Origin: Candidatus Nealsonbacteria bacterium
Lineage (GTDB): Bacteria; Patescibacteriota; Minisyncoccia; Minisyncoccales; PWPS01
Direction of reading: 5' to 3'
Length of the DNA: 64,000 nt
NCBI GenBank assembly: GCA_003557645.1
Contig: PWNV01000020.1
Span: 14,328 to 78,327 of the forward strand
Positions within the stretch are counted from its first letter, which is position 1, and every line of letters starts with the position of its first letter. The notes under the pieces were generated by a model. The model had not been told where the DNA came from. It saw only the letters and a list, made by a program, of their open reading frames with translations, and made no database searches. Below, piece by piece: positions 43,299 to 51,823 of the stretch. The translations under genes were made by a program, and so were the position numbers.

Positions 43299-43848
43299 TT
43301 TTCTTATAGTTATTTTTTTTTCGATGATAAATAAAATAAATAAATAAAACAAGAAGAATTAAACCACCCACAGCCTGGAATCCATAGTTTTCCCCGATTT
43401 CAATTCCTGCTTGTGTGAGAAAAAGCACAACCCCACCAGCAACAATTACACCAGAGATAATAGCAGCTAAAGACTTAAAATAAGGCAACCCAAACAGAAA
43501 AACAGCTAAAGAAGCTGTCCAAGCTCCAGAAACAGGAAGAGGGATTGCGGTAAATAAAAAAAGAGCAAAAAACCCATACTTACCTACTCTTTCACTATAA
43601 TTTCTTCGTGTTCTTTCAAAAAGATAATTAAAAAACTTTTCCATAAAAGAAAAATTACGAGAAAGCCAAAGAGAAGTCGGTTCCAAGAACGCTAGAATAA
43701 TAAAAATGGGAAAAATGTTCCCCAGAACTGCCCAAAGATAAGCAGAGTAAGGGTTCATTTCATAAACTAGCACTGCCAAAGGGATTGCCGCTCTAAGTTC
43801 AAGCAAAGGCATCATGGCAGTAAAAAATATTTGTAACTCAACTGTCAT
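43291..43848 (-). CDS. integral membrane protein (COG2426 / small multidrug-export-like family, tentative)
   Basis: 185 aa, 4-5 TM. The N-terminus PLLELRAAIPLAV resembles that family. Confidence 0.55.
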   Translation of the reverse strand: MTVELQIFFTAMMPLLELRAAIPLAVLVYEMNPYSAYLWAVLGNIFPIFIILAFLEPTSLWLSRNFSFMEKFFNYLFERTRRNYSERVGKYGFFALFLFTAIPLPVSGAWTASLAVFLFGLPYFKSLAAIISGVIVAGGVVLFLTQAGIEIGENYGFQAVGGLILLVLFIYFIYHRKKNNYKKNV

Positions 43849-43919
43849 ATTTAAATCAGTATAGCTTAAAAAAAAGTAAATTCAAACCTCCATTTTTCGT
43901 TTACCTTCTTTCCTCTTTG

Positions 43920-43928
43920 TGGTAAAAT
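43920..43928 (+). promoter_or_regulatory. extended -10 promoter (TGgTAAAAT) 8 nt before the preferred cysS ATG (candidate leaderless)
   Basis: The sequence ctttgTGgTAAAATgcccttatATG. Confidence 0.5.
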
Positions 43929-43936
43929 GCCCTTAT

Positions 43937-45346
43937 ATGATCAAACTATACAACACCCTTTCCCAGAAAAAGGATACTTTTCAGCCCTTAGAATCAAAGA
44001 AAATCGGTTTTTTTGTTTGTGGTCCCACGGTTTACGACTATGCACATCTCGGACACGCAAGAACCTATATTTTTTTTGATTCTTTTGTTAAATATCTGCG
44101 CGGAAAGGGATATAATGTTTTTTACTTGCAAAACATTACCGACATTGACGATAAAATAATTAAACGAGCAGAAGAGGAAAAAACTTCTCCTCTATCTCTT
44201 GCTGAAAAATTTGAAGAAAAATATCTCCAGGACACACGCTCCTTAGGAATAGACAGCATTACGAAATACGCTCGTGCGACCGATCATATTCAAGAAATTA
44301 TTTCTCAAATAGAAAGATTGCTCGAAAAAGATTTTGCTTATATTACCGATGATGGGATATATTATGACATTTCAAAATTCAACGAATACGGAAAACTTTC
44401 TGGGAGAACAACTGAGCAAGCGGAAGATGGAACATCAAGAATTGATGAAAGTATTAAAAAAAGAAATAAAGGAGATTTTTGCATTTGGAAATTTTCAGAA
44501 AATAAAAATCCCGAATGGGAAACTCCTTGGGGGAAAGGAAGACCTGGATGGCACATCGAAGACACGGCAATTTCTGAAAAATATCTTGGAATGCAGTACG
44601 ATATCCATGGTGGAGCAAGAGATTTGATATTTCCTCACCACGAAGCTGAAATTGCATTAATGGAATCTCTTTCCGGGAAAAGGCCATTTGTAAAATACTG
44701 GATGCACACTGGTTTTTTAACTATAAACGGAGATAAAATGTCAAAATCTCTTGGTAATTTTGTTACTATTAGAGATTTCACTAAAAAGCACTCTCCTAGA
44801 GCCTTGAGATTTTTGGTTTTAAAATCCCACTATCGTTCGCCGATTGATTATAATGAAAATTATATTTTTCAAGTTAATCAAGAACTAGAAAGAATAGATT
44901 CCTTTTTATATAGAGTTGAAGAAATTGCAAAGAAAAAAAACAGTGAAAAGACCAAAGACATTATTAAAAAGATTAAAAATAAAATTGAGAGAGATCTTGA
45001 AGAAGACTTTAATACTCCCCTTGCAATATCTTCGCTTTTCGTTTTAATAAACAAAGTCAACACTTTTCTAGATTCAGGAAATCTTTCTTCATCTGATGCC
45101 AAAGAAGTTATAAAATTATTAAAAGATCTTGATCGTATTTTTGGATTTTTAATTGTTCCAAAAAAAGAAAGATTTGTGCAGTATATTTCTGATGAAAATG
45201 AAGAATTAAAAGCGCTTATTGCGGAAAGAGAAAATGCAAGAAAGAAAAAGGATTTTCAAAAAGCTGATGAGATTAGGAAAAAAATTGAAAAGAAAGGATA
45301 TCAAATAGAAGACACCATTAAGGGTTATAAAATAAAAAAGAAATAA
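43937..45346 (+). CDS. cysS: cysteinyl-tRNA synthetase
   Basis: ORF from 43919 (GTG). I prefer the ATG at 43937 (MIKLYNTLS). It has HLGHARTY (HIGH) and KMSKSLGN. Confidence 0.93.
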   Translation: MIKLYNTLSQKKDTFQPLESKKIGFFVCGPTVYDYAHLGHARTYIFFDSFVKYLRGKGYNVFYLQNITDIDDKIIKRAEEEKTSPLSLAEKFEEKYLQDTRSLGIDSITKYARATDHIQEIISQIERLLEKDFAYITDDGIYYDISKFNEYGKLSGRTTEQAEDGTSRIDESIKKRNKGDFCIWKFSENKNPEWETPWGKGRPGWHIEDTAISEKYLGMQYDIHGGARDLIFPHHEAEIALMESLSGKRPFVKYWMHTGFLTINGDKMSKSLGNFVTIRDFTKKHSPRALRFLVLKSHYRSPIDYNENYIFQVNQELERIDSFLYRVEEIAKKKNSEKTKDIIKKIKNKIERDLEEDFNTPLAISSLFVLINKVNTFLDSGNLSSSDAKEVIKLLKDLDRIFGFLIVPKKERFVQYISDENEELKALIAERENARKKKDFQKADEIRKKIEKKGYQIEDTIKGYKIKKK

Positions 45347-46692
45347 TGTCTCAAGAAAACATTGAAAAACTTCCTCCACAAAACATAGAAGCGGAACAAT
45401 CACTTCTCGGCTCTCTTATGATAGATGCTAATTCAATTTATAAAATTGCTGACTTTTTGAAGTCAAACGATTTTTATAAAAAAGCTCATAGTGATATTTA
45501 TGAAGCAATAATTGATCTATTTGATCGCAAAAACGCAATTGACTTGTTGTCCGTTTCTGCTCGCCTAGGAGAAAAAGAACTCTTAGATAGTGTGGGCGGA
45601 AAAAGCTATCTTACAACTCTAGTAAACTCTGTTCCTACCGCAAGTCACGTAGTTGATTATGCAAACATCGTTCGTCGCAAACGACTTCTTCGCGACCTTA
45701 TAAGCTCTGGACAAGAAATAAGCATTTCAGCTTACGATGAAAAAAAGGATGTTGATGTACTCCTTGATGAAGCAGAGAAGAGAATTTTCAGTATTACTCA
45801 CAACTCTTCTCAAAAAAACTTTCTTGCAATTAAGGACACTCTTGAGGACGCTTTCGAAAGAATAGAAAAACTTTCCAACGAAGACGGAAAAGCACGTGGA
45901 GTTCCTACCGGATTTACCGATCTTGATAATATTCTTTCAGGGCTTCAAAACTCTGACTTAATAATTCTTGCTGCAAGACCAAGTATGGGAAAGAGTGGAT
46001 TTGCTTCCAATATTGCAAAAAATGTTGCTCTTAAATACAACACTCCCGTGGGCATATTTAGCTTAGAGATGTCAACGGATCAAATAGTAGATCGTCTCAT
46101 CGCCGACATATCCGGCATAAATTTGTGGAAACTACGTACTGGTAACTTAAAAAAACAGGGAGACGACAATGATTTTGTAAAAATTAGAGAATCTTTCGAA
46201 GAACTCTCCAAGGCTCCTATTTACATTGATGATGCAATTTCCTTCAATGTAATGCAGATGCGTACAATGGCTCGTAGGCTGCAATCAGAAAAAGGATTAG
46301 GCCTGATTATTGTAGACTACCTTCAACTCATGCAACCACGATCTCAGAGTCCTTCTATGGTGCAACAGATGACAGAAATATCTCGTGAATTAAAGTCACT
46401 AGCCAAAGAACTTAATGTTCCTGTTCTCGCTCTTTCCCAACTTTCTCGTGCTGTCGAACAAAGAACCCCACAAGTACCAAGACTTTCTGACTTAAGAGAA
46501 ACCGGAGCGTTAGAGCAAGACGCTGATGTTGTGATGTTTATCTACCGTGAAGACTATTATCGACAAGACACTTCCAGAAAAAATATTGCAGACGTCATTG
46601 TTGCCAAGCATCGTAACGGCCCTATCGGAAAAGTAGAGCTTTATTTTGACGACGCTACTGCATCCTTTAAAAACTTAGATAAAAGACACTAA
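45346..46692 (+). CDS. dnaB: replicative DNA helicase
   Basis: 448 aa with PPQNIEAEQSLLGSLM, Walker A ARPSMGKS and the RecA-like C-domain. There is no intein. Confidence 0.95.
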   Translation: MSQENIEKLPPQNIEAEQSLLGSLMIDANSIYKIADFLKSNDFYKKAHSDIYEAIIDLFDRKNAIDLLSVSARLGEKELLDSVGGKSYLTTLVNSVPTASHVVDYANIVRRKRLLRDLISSGQEISISAYDEKKDVDVLLDEAEKRIFSITHNSSQKNFLAIKDTLEDAFERIEKLSNEDGKARGVPTGFTDLDNILSGLQNSDLIILAARPSMGKSGFASNIAKNVALKYNTPVGIFSLEMSTDQIVDRLIADISGINLWKLRTGNLKKQGDDNDFVKIRESFEELSKAPIYIDDAISFNVMQMRTMARRLQSEKGLGLIIVDYLQLMQPRSQSPSMVQQMTEISRELKSLAKELNVPVLALSQLSRAVEQRTPQVPRLSDLRETGALEQDADVVMFIYREDYYRQDTSRKNIADVIVAKHRNGPIGKVELYFDDATASFKNLDKRH

Positions 46693-47303
46693 TGTACCCT
46701 CCTTCGCTAGAAAAATTAATAACTATTTTTACTCGCTTTCCCGGAATAGGTCCACGCACAGCAACCAGATTTGCTTTCTACTGCTCTCAACTCCCCTCAG
46801 AAATAATAGAAGAAATCATAACTACCCTAAAAGAGGTAAAGCAATCCGTAAAAAACTGTAAAATCTGTTTTCGTTCTTATCAAGAAGAGGGCGACCTTTG
46901 CTCTATCTGCCAAGACAAAAGAAGGGAACGAGATGTAATTTGTATAGTAGAAAAAGAGGTGGATCTTCTTTCTATTGAAAAAATAAAAGAATATAACGGC
47001 TTATATTTCATTCTTGGTGGTAATATCTCTACTTTAAAAAAAACAGATTTTAAAAATATTAGAGTAAAAGAGTTAAAGGAAAGATTAACAAATCCTAAAA
47101 AATTTCATCTTTCCAATATAAGAGAAGTTGTTATTGCTACTAACCAGAACACTCAAGGGGAAGCAACAGCACTTTACTTAACTCGTCTGTTAGATCAATT
47201 AAAAATAAAAACGACCCGCCTTAGAAGGGGGCTTTCTACTGGGAGTGAGTTGGAGTACGCGGACGAAGAAACTCTCATCTGGGCTTTTAAGGGAAGAAAA
47301 TAA
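46692..47303 (+). CDS. recR: recombination protein RecR
   Basis: 203 aa with HhH FPGIGPRTATR, zinc finger CKIC..CSIC and a Toprim domain. Confidence 0.93.
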   Translation: MYPPSLEKLITIFTRFPGIGPRTATRFAFYCSQLPSEIIEEIITTLKEVKQSVKNCKICFRSYQEEGDLCSICQDKRRERDVICIVEKEVDLLSIEKIKEYNGLYFILGGNISTLKKTDFKNIRVKELKERLTNPKKFHLSNIREVVIATNQNTQGEATALYLTRLLDQLKIKTTRLRRGLSTGSELEYADEETLIWAFKGRK

Positions 47304-47310
47304 ATTACAT

Positions 47311-47340
47311 TAAAAAAAAGGGGGGGGTACTCCCCTCTTT
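47311..47340. terminator. bidirectional hairpin terminator between convergent recR and rplU
   Basis: AAAAAAAAGGGGGGGG-TACT-CCCCTCTTTTATTTTT has an A-run on one side and a T-run on the other. Confidence 0.6.
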
Positions 47341-47693
47341 TATTTTTCCTCTTTTTTCTTGGTGGATTTCTTTTTGCCGATTTCTTTTATCTCTACTTCC
47401 GTAAAGAACTGTCTGTGTCCTTTCTTCACCTTATATCTTTTCTTAGCTTTGTACTTAAACACTATCTTTTTTTCACCTTTTCCCTCGCCAGTAACCATCC
47501 CTTCCACCTTAACTCCTTCAAGATAAGGAGTCCCTAGACTCACTACTCCCTTATCATCCTCGAGAAGAAGCACCTTGTCAAAGTTAACCTTCTCTCCTTC
47601 CTTTTCGTCTATTTTTTCAATTTTAATTTTGTCTCCGGGAGAAACAATGTACTGCTTTCCTCCCGTATGTATTACTGCTATCATCTTTTTCAC
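47340..47693 (-). CDS. rplU: ribosomal protein L21 with Lys-rich C-terminal tail
   Basis: 117 aa with MIAVIHTGGKQYIVSPGDKI and KVKKGHRQFFTEVEI. Confidence 0.92.
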   Translation of the reverse strand: MKKMIAVIHTGGKQYIVSPGDKIKIEKIDEKEGEKVNFDKVLLLEDDKGVVSLGTPYLEGVKVEGMVTGEGKGEKKIVFKYKAKKRYKVKKGHRQFFTEVEIKEIGKKKSTKKKEEK

Positions 47694-47700
47694 CGAAAAA

Positions 47701-48717
47701 TTAGTTTTCTTTTTTTTCCGGAGTAGTTATTTTACTATTTTTTAAAATTCCTTTTACTCTTTTATCAAACAGGGAAACTCTTTTCCTTGAAGATTTATAA
47801 GTTACTACCGTATTCTTAATATGAATACCCATTTTACGAAATTCATTTGTAAGTATCTCACCATCCTTTTCAATACGTGATAACCTCTTCATCACCTCGT
47901 GAGCGCGACCAGTAATCTGTGTATCTCTGAACCATTGTTCTATAGCTCGAAGTGTAAGATAGAAGGTATTAGGTGAAGAAAGAATAATCTTAGAAGAGCG
48001 AGCAAACTCAGCAACATCGGTATCTTGACTCATGTTTATCTCGTAGTAAACAGCTTCTGCCGGCACATACATTACAGCAAAGTCAACTGTATCTTCTGCT
48101 GGAATAATGTATTTCTCTGAAATTTCTCGAATTCTCTTTTTCACATCTTCTAAGAACTTCTTTCGGAAAAGCTCTTTTTCTTTTCCTTCTGCTTCAACCA
48201 TCCTTCGGAAGTTATCAAAAGGAAATTTAGAATCAATGGGAAGCAGTTTTTTATTGGGAAGCCTCAAAACAGCATCAACTGCTTCTCCAGAAGAAAACCG
48301 ATGCTGTATCGAGTAAAGTTCCTCGGGAAAATATTCTTGAAGCAGGTGCTTGAGATTCGCCTCTCCCCACTGCCCTCTCACCTTAGGAGATCGAAAAAAC
48401 TCTTGAAAAGAAGAAATGCCCCTTACCACCTCTTGCACTTCTTCCATCTCTTTCCTGATTCCTGTTGCCTCTTTGGTAAAGGAAGAAATTTGTTCGTTCA
48501 TCGTACTCGAAGTGAAATCGACACTTCCTCTTATCTCCTTGAGCTCTTTATTAATAACTTCGGTTAATCTACGCTCCGTCTCTGAGTTTTCTTTGCGCAA
48601 AAAAAGCAAAGCTATAAAAAGAAATGAGAAAAGAACAATTACAAATAAAATTTCTGTCATAAGACAACATATAATAACACTAAAAAACAAAAATATCAAA
48701 CAAAAACACACTCCCAA
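47701..48717 (-). CDS. rmuC: DNA recombination protein RmuC
   Basis: 338 aa with an N-terminal TM helix and coiled coil, then the RmuC nuclease-like core (RGQWGE, VLRLPNKKLLPIDSKFP, MYVPAE). Confidence 0.85.
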   Translation of the reverse strand: MGVCFCLIFLFFSVIICCLMTEILFVIVLFSFLFIALLFLRKENSETERRLTEVINKELKEIRGSVDFTSSTMNEQISSFTKEATGIRKEMEEVQEVVRGISSFQEFFRSPKVRGQWGEANLKHLLQEYFPEELYSIQHRFSSGEAVDAVLRLPNKKLLPIDSKFPFDNFRRMVEAEGKEKELFRKKFLEDVKKRIREISEKYIIPAEDTVDFAVMYVPAEAVYYEINMSQDTDVAEFARSSKIILSSPNTFYLTLRAIEQWFRDTQITGRAHEVMKRLSRIEKDGEILTNEFRKMGIHIKNTVVTYKSSRKRVSLFDKRVKGILKNSKITTPEKKEN

Positions 48718-48722
48718 AAATT

Positions 48723-48983
48723 CTATGCCCTGTAAACCTTATATCCTTCTCTCACTTTTTCTTTTACTTTTACCCCTACCTCGTTTCTGGGAGAGGCTTT
48801 TTCCACCTTCTTATAATCAACCTCCATAGAATTAATTTTTTGCTCAAAATCTGTCAAACCTCCCACAAACCTTATCTTTTCACCTTTTTCCAATTTCTTG
48901 GAAAGCTTAATAATTGCTACTTCAATATTTCCAAAATAGTGAGAAACTACACCTATTTGTTCCCCTTCTTTATTTGGCATCAT
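48723..48983 (-). CDS. small beta-barrel protein (EF-Tu domain-2-like, tentative)
   Basis: 86 aa. GVVSHYFGNIEVAIIKLSKKLEKGEKIRFVG...EVGVKV resembles translation-factor domain II-like stand-alone proteins. Confidence 0.5.
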   Translation of the reverse strand: MMPNKEGEQIGVVSHYFGNIEVAIIKLSKKLEKGEKIRFVGGLTDFEQKINSMEVDYKKVEKASPRNEVGVKVKEKVREGYKVYRA

Positions 48984-49008
48984 TAATGCTTTTAGTAATA
49001 AAAAAATA

Positions 49009-49017
49009 ACGACCTTT
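49009..49017 (-). promoter_or_regulatory. AAAGGTCGT box 25 nt upstream of the ATG, 6 nt after TATAAT
   Basis: Minus-strand reading is TTGTTATAATcgaatcAAAGGTCGTtatttttttattactaaaagcattaATG. Confidence 0.45.
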
Positions 49018-49056
49018 GATTCGATTATAACAAATTATAATAAGAAAGAAACATCG

Positions 49057-49992
49057 TTACATGACAAGCTCTAAAAAAAGAAAAAGAAGATAGATAAGAA
49101 GAAGGGCGTAGGCCTCTCTTTTAGTTATTTTATTATTAGTACGCACAAAGAAAAGCAAGGAAAGCCCCCCTAAAATCAAAAATATAATCGGAAAAGCAGG
49201 AAGATCAACAACTTTAATTGGCTCAATTATTGATACAATACCTAAAACTAGAGTTGAAGAGAGGGCAACCGCCCCCATCAATCCTCCTAAAATCATCCAT
49301 GACTGTCCTTTTTTTGCAAGCATTGCAGCAAAAAAAGTTTCGGGCAATGCAACGCCAAGCCCCACAGCAAAAACTCCAAAAAGAACTATCGGAACGTTAA
49401 GAGACGCACTGAAGCTTTGAGCGGTAAATATAATCCCTTCTGCAGAGATAACGACAAGCAGAAAGCCAATAATTATAGTAGCAATATCTTTTAACAAAGT
49501 CTGCTGACCCGTTGATAATTCTCCTACGGGTTTTAGGAAGCGCTCTTTCTCTGAAAACATCCAATAAATGTACAGAAAGCAAGCAATAATTAAAATAACA
49601 CCATCAAAACGACTTAGCTCTCCATCAAGGAGCAAGACAAGAGGCAGAATAACAGAGATCAATGCAAAAGTGGTTCCTGCTCGAACAGTTCTGCTTTCTA
49701 CCTTTATTTCACGTAAAATAAGAGTACAGATAGAGACCGACAAAGTAAACAAAACTATGTTCTGTCCAATAATACTTCCCAATGCCATTTCTGGTATTCC
49801 TTTTAACGCCGCTCTCACTCCAATAAAAAGCTCGGGAAGAACTGCTCCGACAGAAACAGTAAAAAATGCCACTACAAACTCTTTCCATCTTAAACAAATC
49901 GTTATTCGATACAAAGCATCAATCACCCATCTACTAGAAAAAATGATCAGAAAACAAGAAATAATAAATATGGCGGCATATAGTACGATCAT
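49057..49992 (-). CDS. Ca2+/cation antiporter (CaCA / YrbG-like Na+/Ca2+ exchanger)
   Basis: 311 aa, ~10 TM, with two alpha-repeats GAVLPELF and GVALPETF. Confidence 0.85.
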   Translation of the reverse strand: MIVLYAAIFIISCFLIIFSSRWVIDALYRITICLRWKEFVVAFFTVSVGAVLPELFIGVRAALKGIPEMALGSIIGQNIVLFTLSVSICTLILREIKVESRTVRAGTTFALISVILPLVLLLDGELSRFDGVILIIACFLYIYWMFSEKERFLKPVGELSTGQQTLLKDIATIIIGFLLVVISAEGIIFTAQSFSASLNVPIVLFGVFAVGLGVALPETFFAAMLAKKGQSWMILGGLMGAVALSSTLVLGIVSIIEPIKVVDLPAFPIIFLILGGLSLLFFVRTNNKITKREAYALLLIYLLFLFLELVM

Positions 49993-51104
49993 TATTCTAT
50001 AAAATAAACTATTTCATAAAGAATGCCAAGTAAAAAAAGAATAATTAGAGGAAAAGTAATAAGACGAACCCTCTTCGTTTTTATCTTCTCATACATCAAA
50101 GAAATTAAAATAGCATCCACTGCTATCATAACTCCTCCCACAATTCCAATAACCACAATAAAATCTCTTGCTCCTCCTAAAAAAAGAAGCAGGGGTACAA
50201 AACAAGTAATTCCCCATGAAAATTTATGAGAAATCTTTAAGTCATACCAAAATATTTTCTTAAGAGTAAGCCCGATCGCAACAAGAGAGGTAAAAGTGGC
50301 GACTAATCCAAAAACAAGCATAAGCGTGGTCACCCCTCTTCCTAGATACGCTTGAAGCCCGACCAAAGCTTCTTTTGTTGTGTCTTCTCCCGTAATTCCT
50401 AAAATAATCACAATAAAAAAAAGAGATATTAAAATTGCAACTACCAGCCCCAGAGGAATAACTAAGCGGAGCTTTTCCTTTTGACGCCCTAGCAGTTCTT
50501 CAATCTCTGGTATTAATGCGCCTCCCCATAACGCAAAAAGAACAGCACCATAAGGTAAAAAGAAGTCAAAAGAAGCTTCTCTGGTTAAAAATATGTTTTC
50601 CAACGATATGTGAGAAAACTCTTTAACAAAAACAACTACAAGAGCCACGAAAAAAAATATAATCCCCCAAAACTCAACTCTAGAGATAGCCTTTATTCCA
50701 AAATAAATAAATAGAGCTGAAACAACAAAATAAATAATTAAATAATGAATCATTTCTCCTCCAAATAGAGGAGACAAAAGTGCACGAAGAAACTCGCCTC
50801 CTAAAATTAAATAAGCAAGAACAGCACCAAGCATTCCCAAAATACCAGAAACATAAGCTACCTTCTCAGCTTTTTCCCCTAGGTGATGCTTGGCAAATCC
50901 AGGTAAACGTAAAAAATCTGGAGTTTTCAAAGAAACTTCACCTAAAAAATAATGGACAATAATAGCAACACCACCCAAAATAAATAGATATCCAATCATT
51001 ATTTGGATACCTACTACAGAGGTTATATAGGGTAAAGAAAAAATCCCTGCACCAATTATCGTCCCTGCTAGAATCGAAATTCCGTATAATATTTTCATTG
51101 CCAA
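49992..51104 (-). CDS. amino acid permease (Trp/Tyr/Ser-type APC-fold transporter)
   Basis: 370 aa, 11 TM, with N-terminus GTIIGAGIFSLPY. Confidence 0.7.
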   Translation of the reverse strand: MAMKILYGISILAGTIIGAGIFSLPYITSVVGIQIMIGYLFILGGVAIIVHYFLGEVSLKTPDFLRLPGFAKHHLGEKAEKVAYVSGILGMLGAVLAYLILGGEFLRALLSPLFGGEMIHYLIIYFVVSALFIYFGIKAISRVEFWGIIFFFVALVVVFVKEFSHISLENIFLTREASFDFFLPYGAVLFALWGGALIPEIEELLGRQKEKLRLVIPLGLVVAILISLFFIVIILGITGEDTTKEALVGLQAYLGRGVTTLMLVFGLVATFTSLVAIGLTLKKIFWYDLKISHKFSWGITCFVPLLLFLGGARDFIVVIGIVGGVMIAVDAILISLMYEKIKTKRVRLITFPLIILFLLGILYEIVYFIE

Positions 51105-51115
51105 TAAATTAAAAG

Positions 51116-51188
51116 TGACCCCAACGGGATTTGAACCCGTGTTACCGGACTGAGAACCCGGCGTCCTAAGCCACTAGACGATGGGGCC
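51116..51188 (-). tRNA. tRNA-Glu (anticodon CUC), CCA not encoded
   Basis: Hand-folded: GGCCCCA/UGGGGUC acceptor, D arm GUCUAGUGGCUUAGGAC, anticodon arm CCGGG-UUCUCAG-UCCGG, and T arm ACGGG-UUCAAAU-CCCGU. Confidence 0.85.
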
Positions 51189-51214
51189 TACGACTACTAG
51201 ATGCTATCAAATTT

Positions 51215-51823
51215 TTACTTACCTGTAAAGTAAAAACTACTTCTTAGTCTCTGAGATGCTTCCGCCAAATTAATGTGTAAACTTTCTCCAAGACAGAGGG
51301 CAGAAAGAACTCCATAAATTTTCTTCCTCTTTACTTTTCCTTTAATCCAAAAAGGAACAATATTTTCTTTATAGTTAATTTTGAAATTTGTCTCTTTTTC
51401 TCCTTTACTAATATCACTGATATAAAAATCTGCATTTTTCTTTTCAATTCCAAATGTTGAAACCTTTTGAAAGTTTTTTCCTCGAATCTTGTTAGCTACA
51501 GAAAAATCGATTGCTAAAAATCCACTCTCTGGAAATTGTCTCAAGAATTTTTTTATTCTTGTTTTTTTTCTTTCTTGAGTAACAAGAAGGAAAAACTTAG
51601 ATGGAAAGAAGCTCACTATTTTCTGTGGGTTAATCTCAGGATCATCTTCAACAATTACCACCTCGCTTTTTAAAAGAGAAAAAAAATAATAGATTTTTGG
51701 CAAACCCTTAAATCGAAAAACCGAATACTTATCTTTTAAAATAAAATGCAGGGCTTGAGCTGCCTCTTCATTCTGTTCTCCGGTAATAAGTACAACTTTT
51801 TTGTTTTTAATTATTTTTTTCAT
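51215..51823 (-). CDS. Mur-ligase (MurF-like) central-domain remnant with degenerate P-loop
   Basis: 202 aa at the position after ftsI. VVLITGEQNEEAA sits where Mur ligases have ITG(T/S)NGKTT. AIDFSVANKIR, STFGIEKKNADFY and YGVLSALCLGESLHINLAEASQRL follow the MurF order. There is no C-terminal domain. Confidence 0.45.
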   Translation of the reverse strand: MKKIIKNKKVVLITGEQNEEAAQALHFILKDKYSVFRFKGLPKIYYFFSLLKSEVVIVEDDPEINPQKIVSFFPSKFFLLVTQERKKTRIKKFLRQFPESGFLAIDFSVANKIRGKNFQKVSTFGIEKKNADFYISDISKGEKETNFKINYKENIVPFWIKGKVKRKKIYGVLSALCLGESLHINLAEASQRLRSSFYFTGK

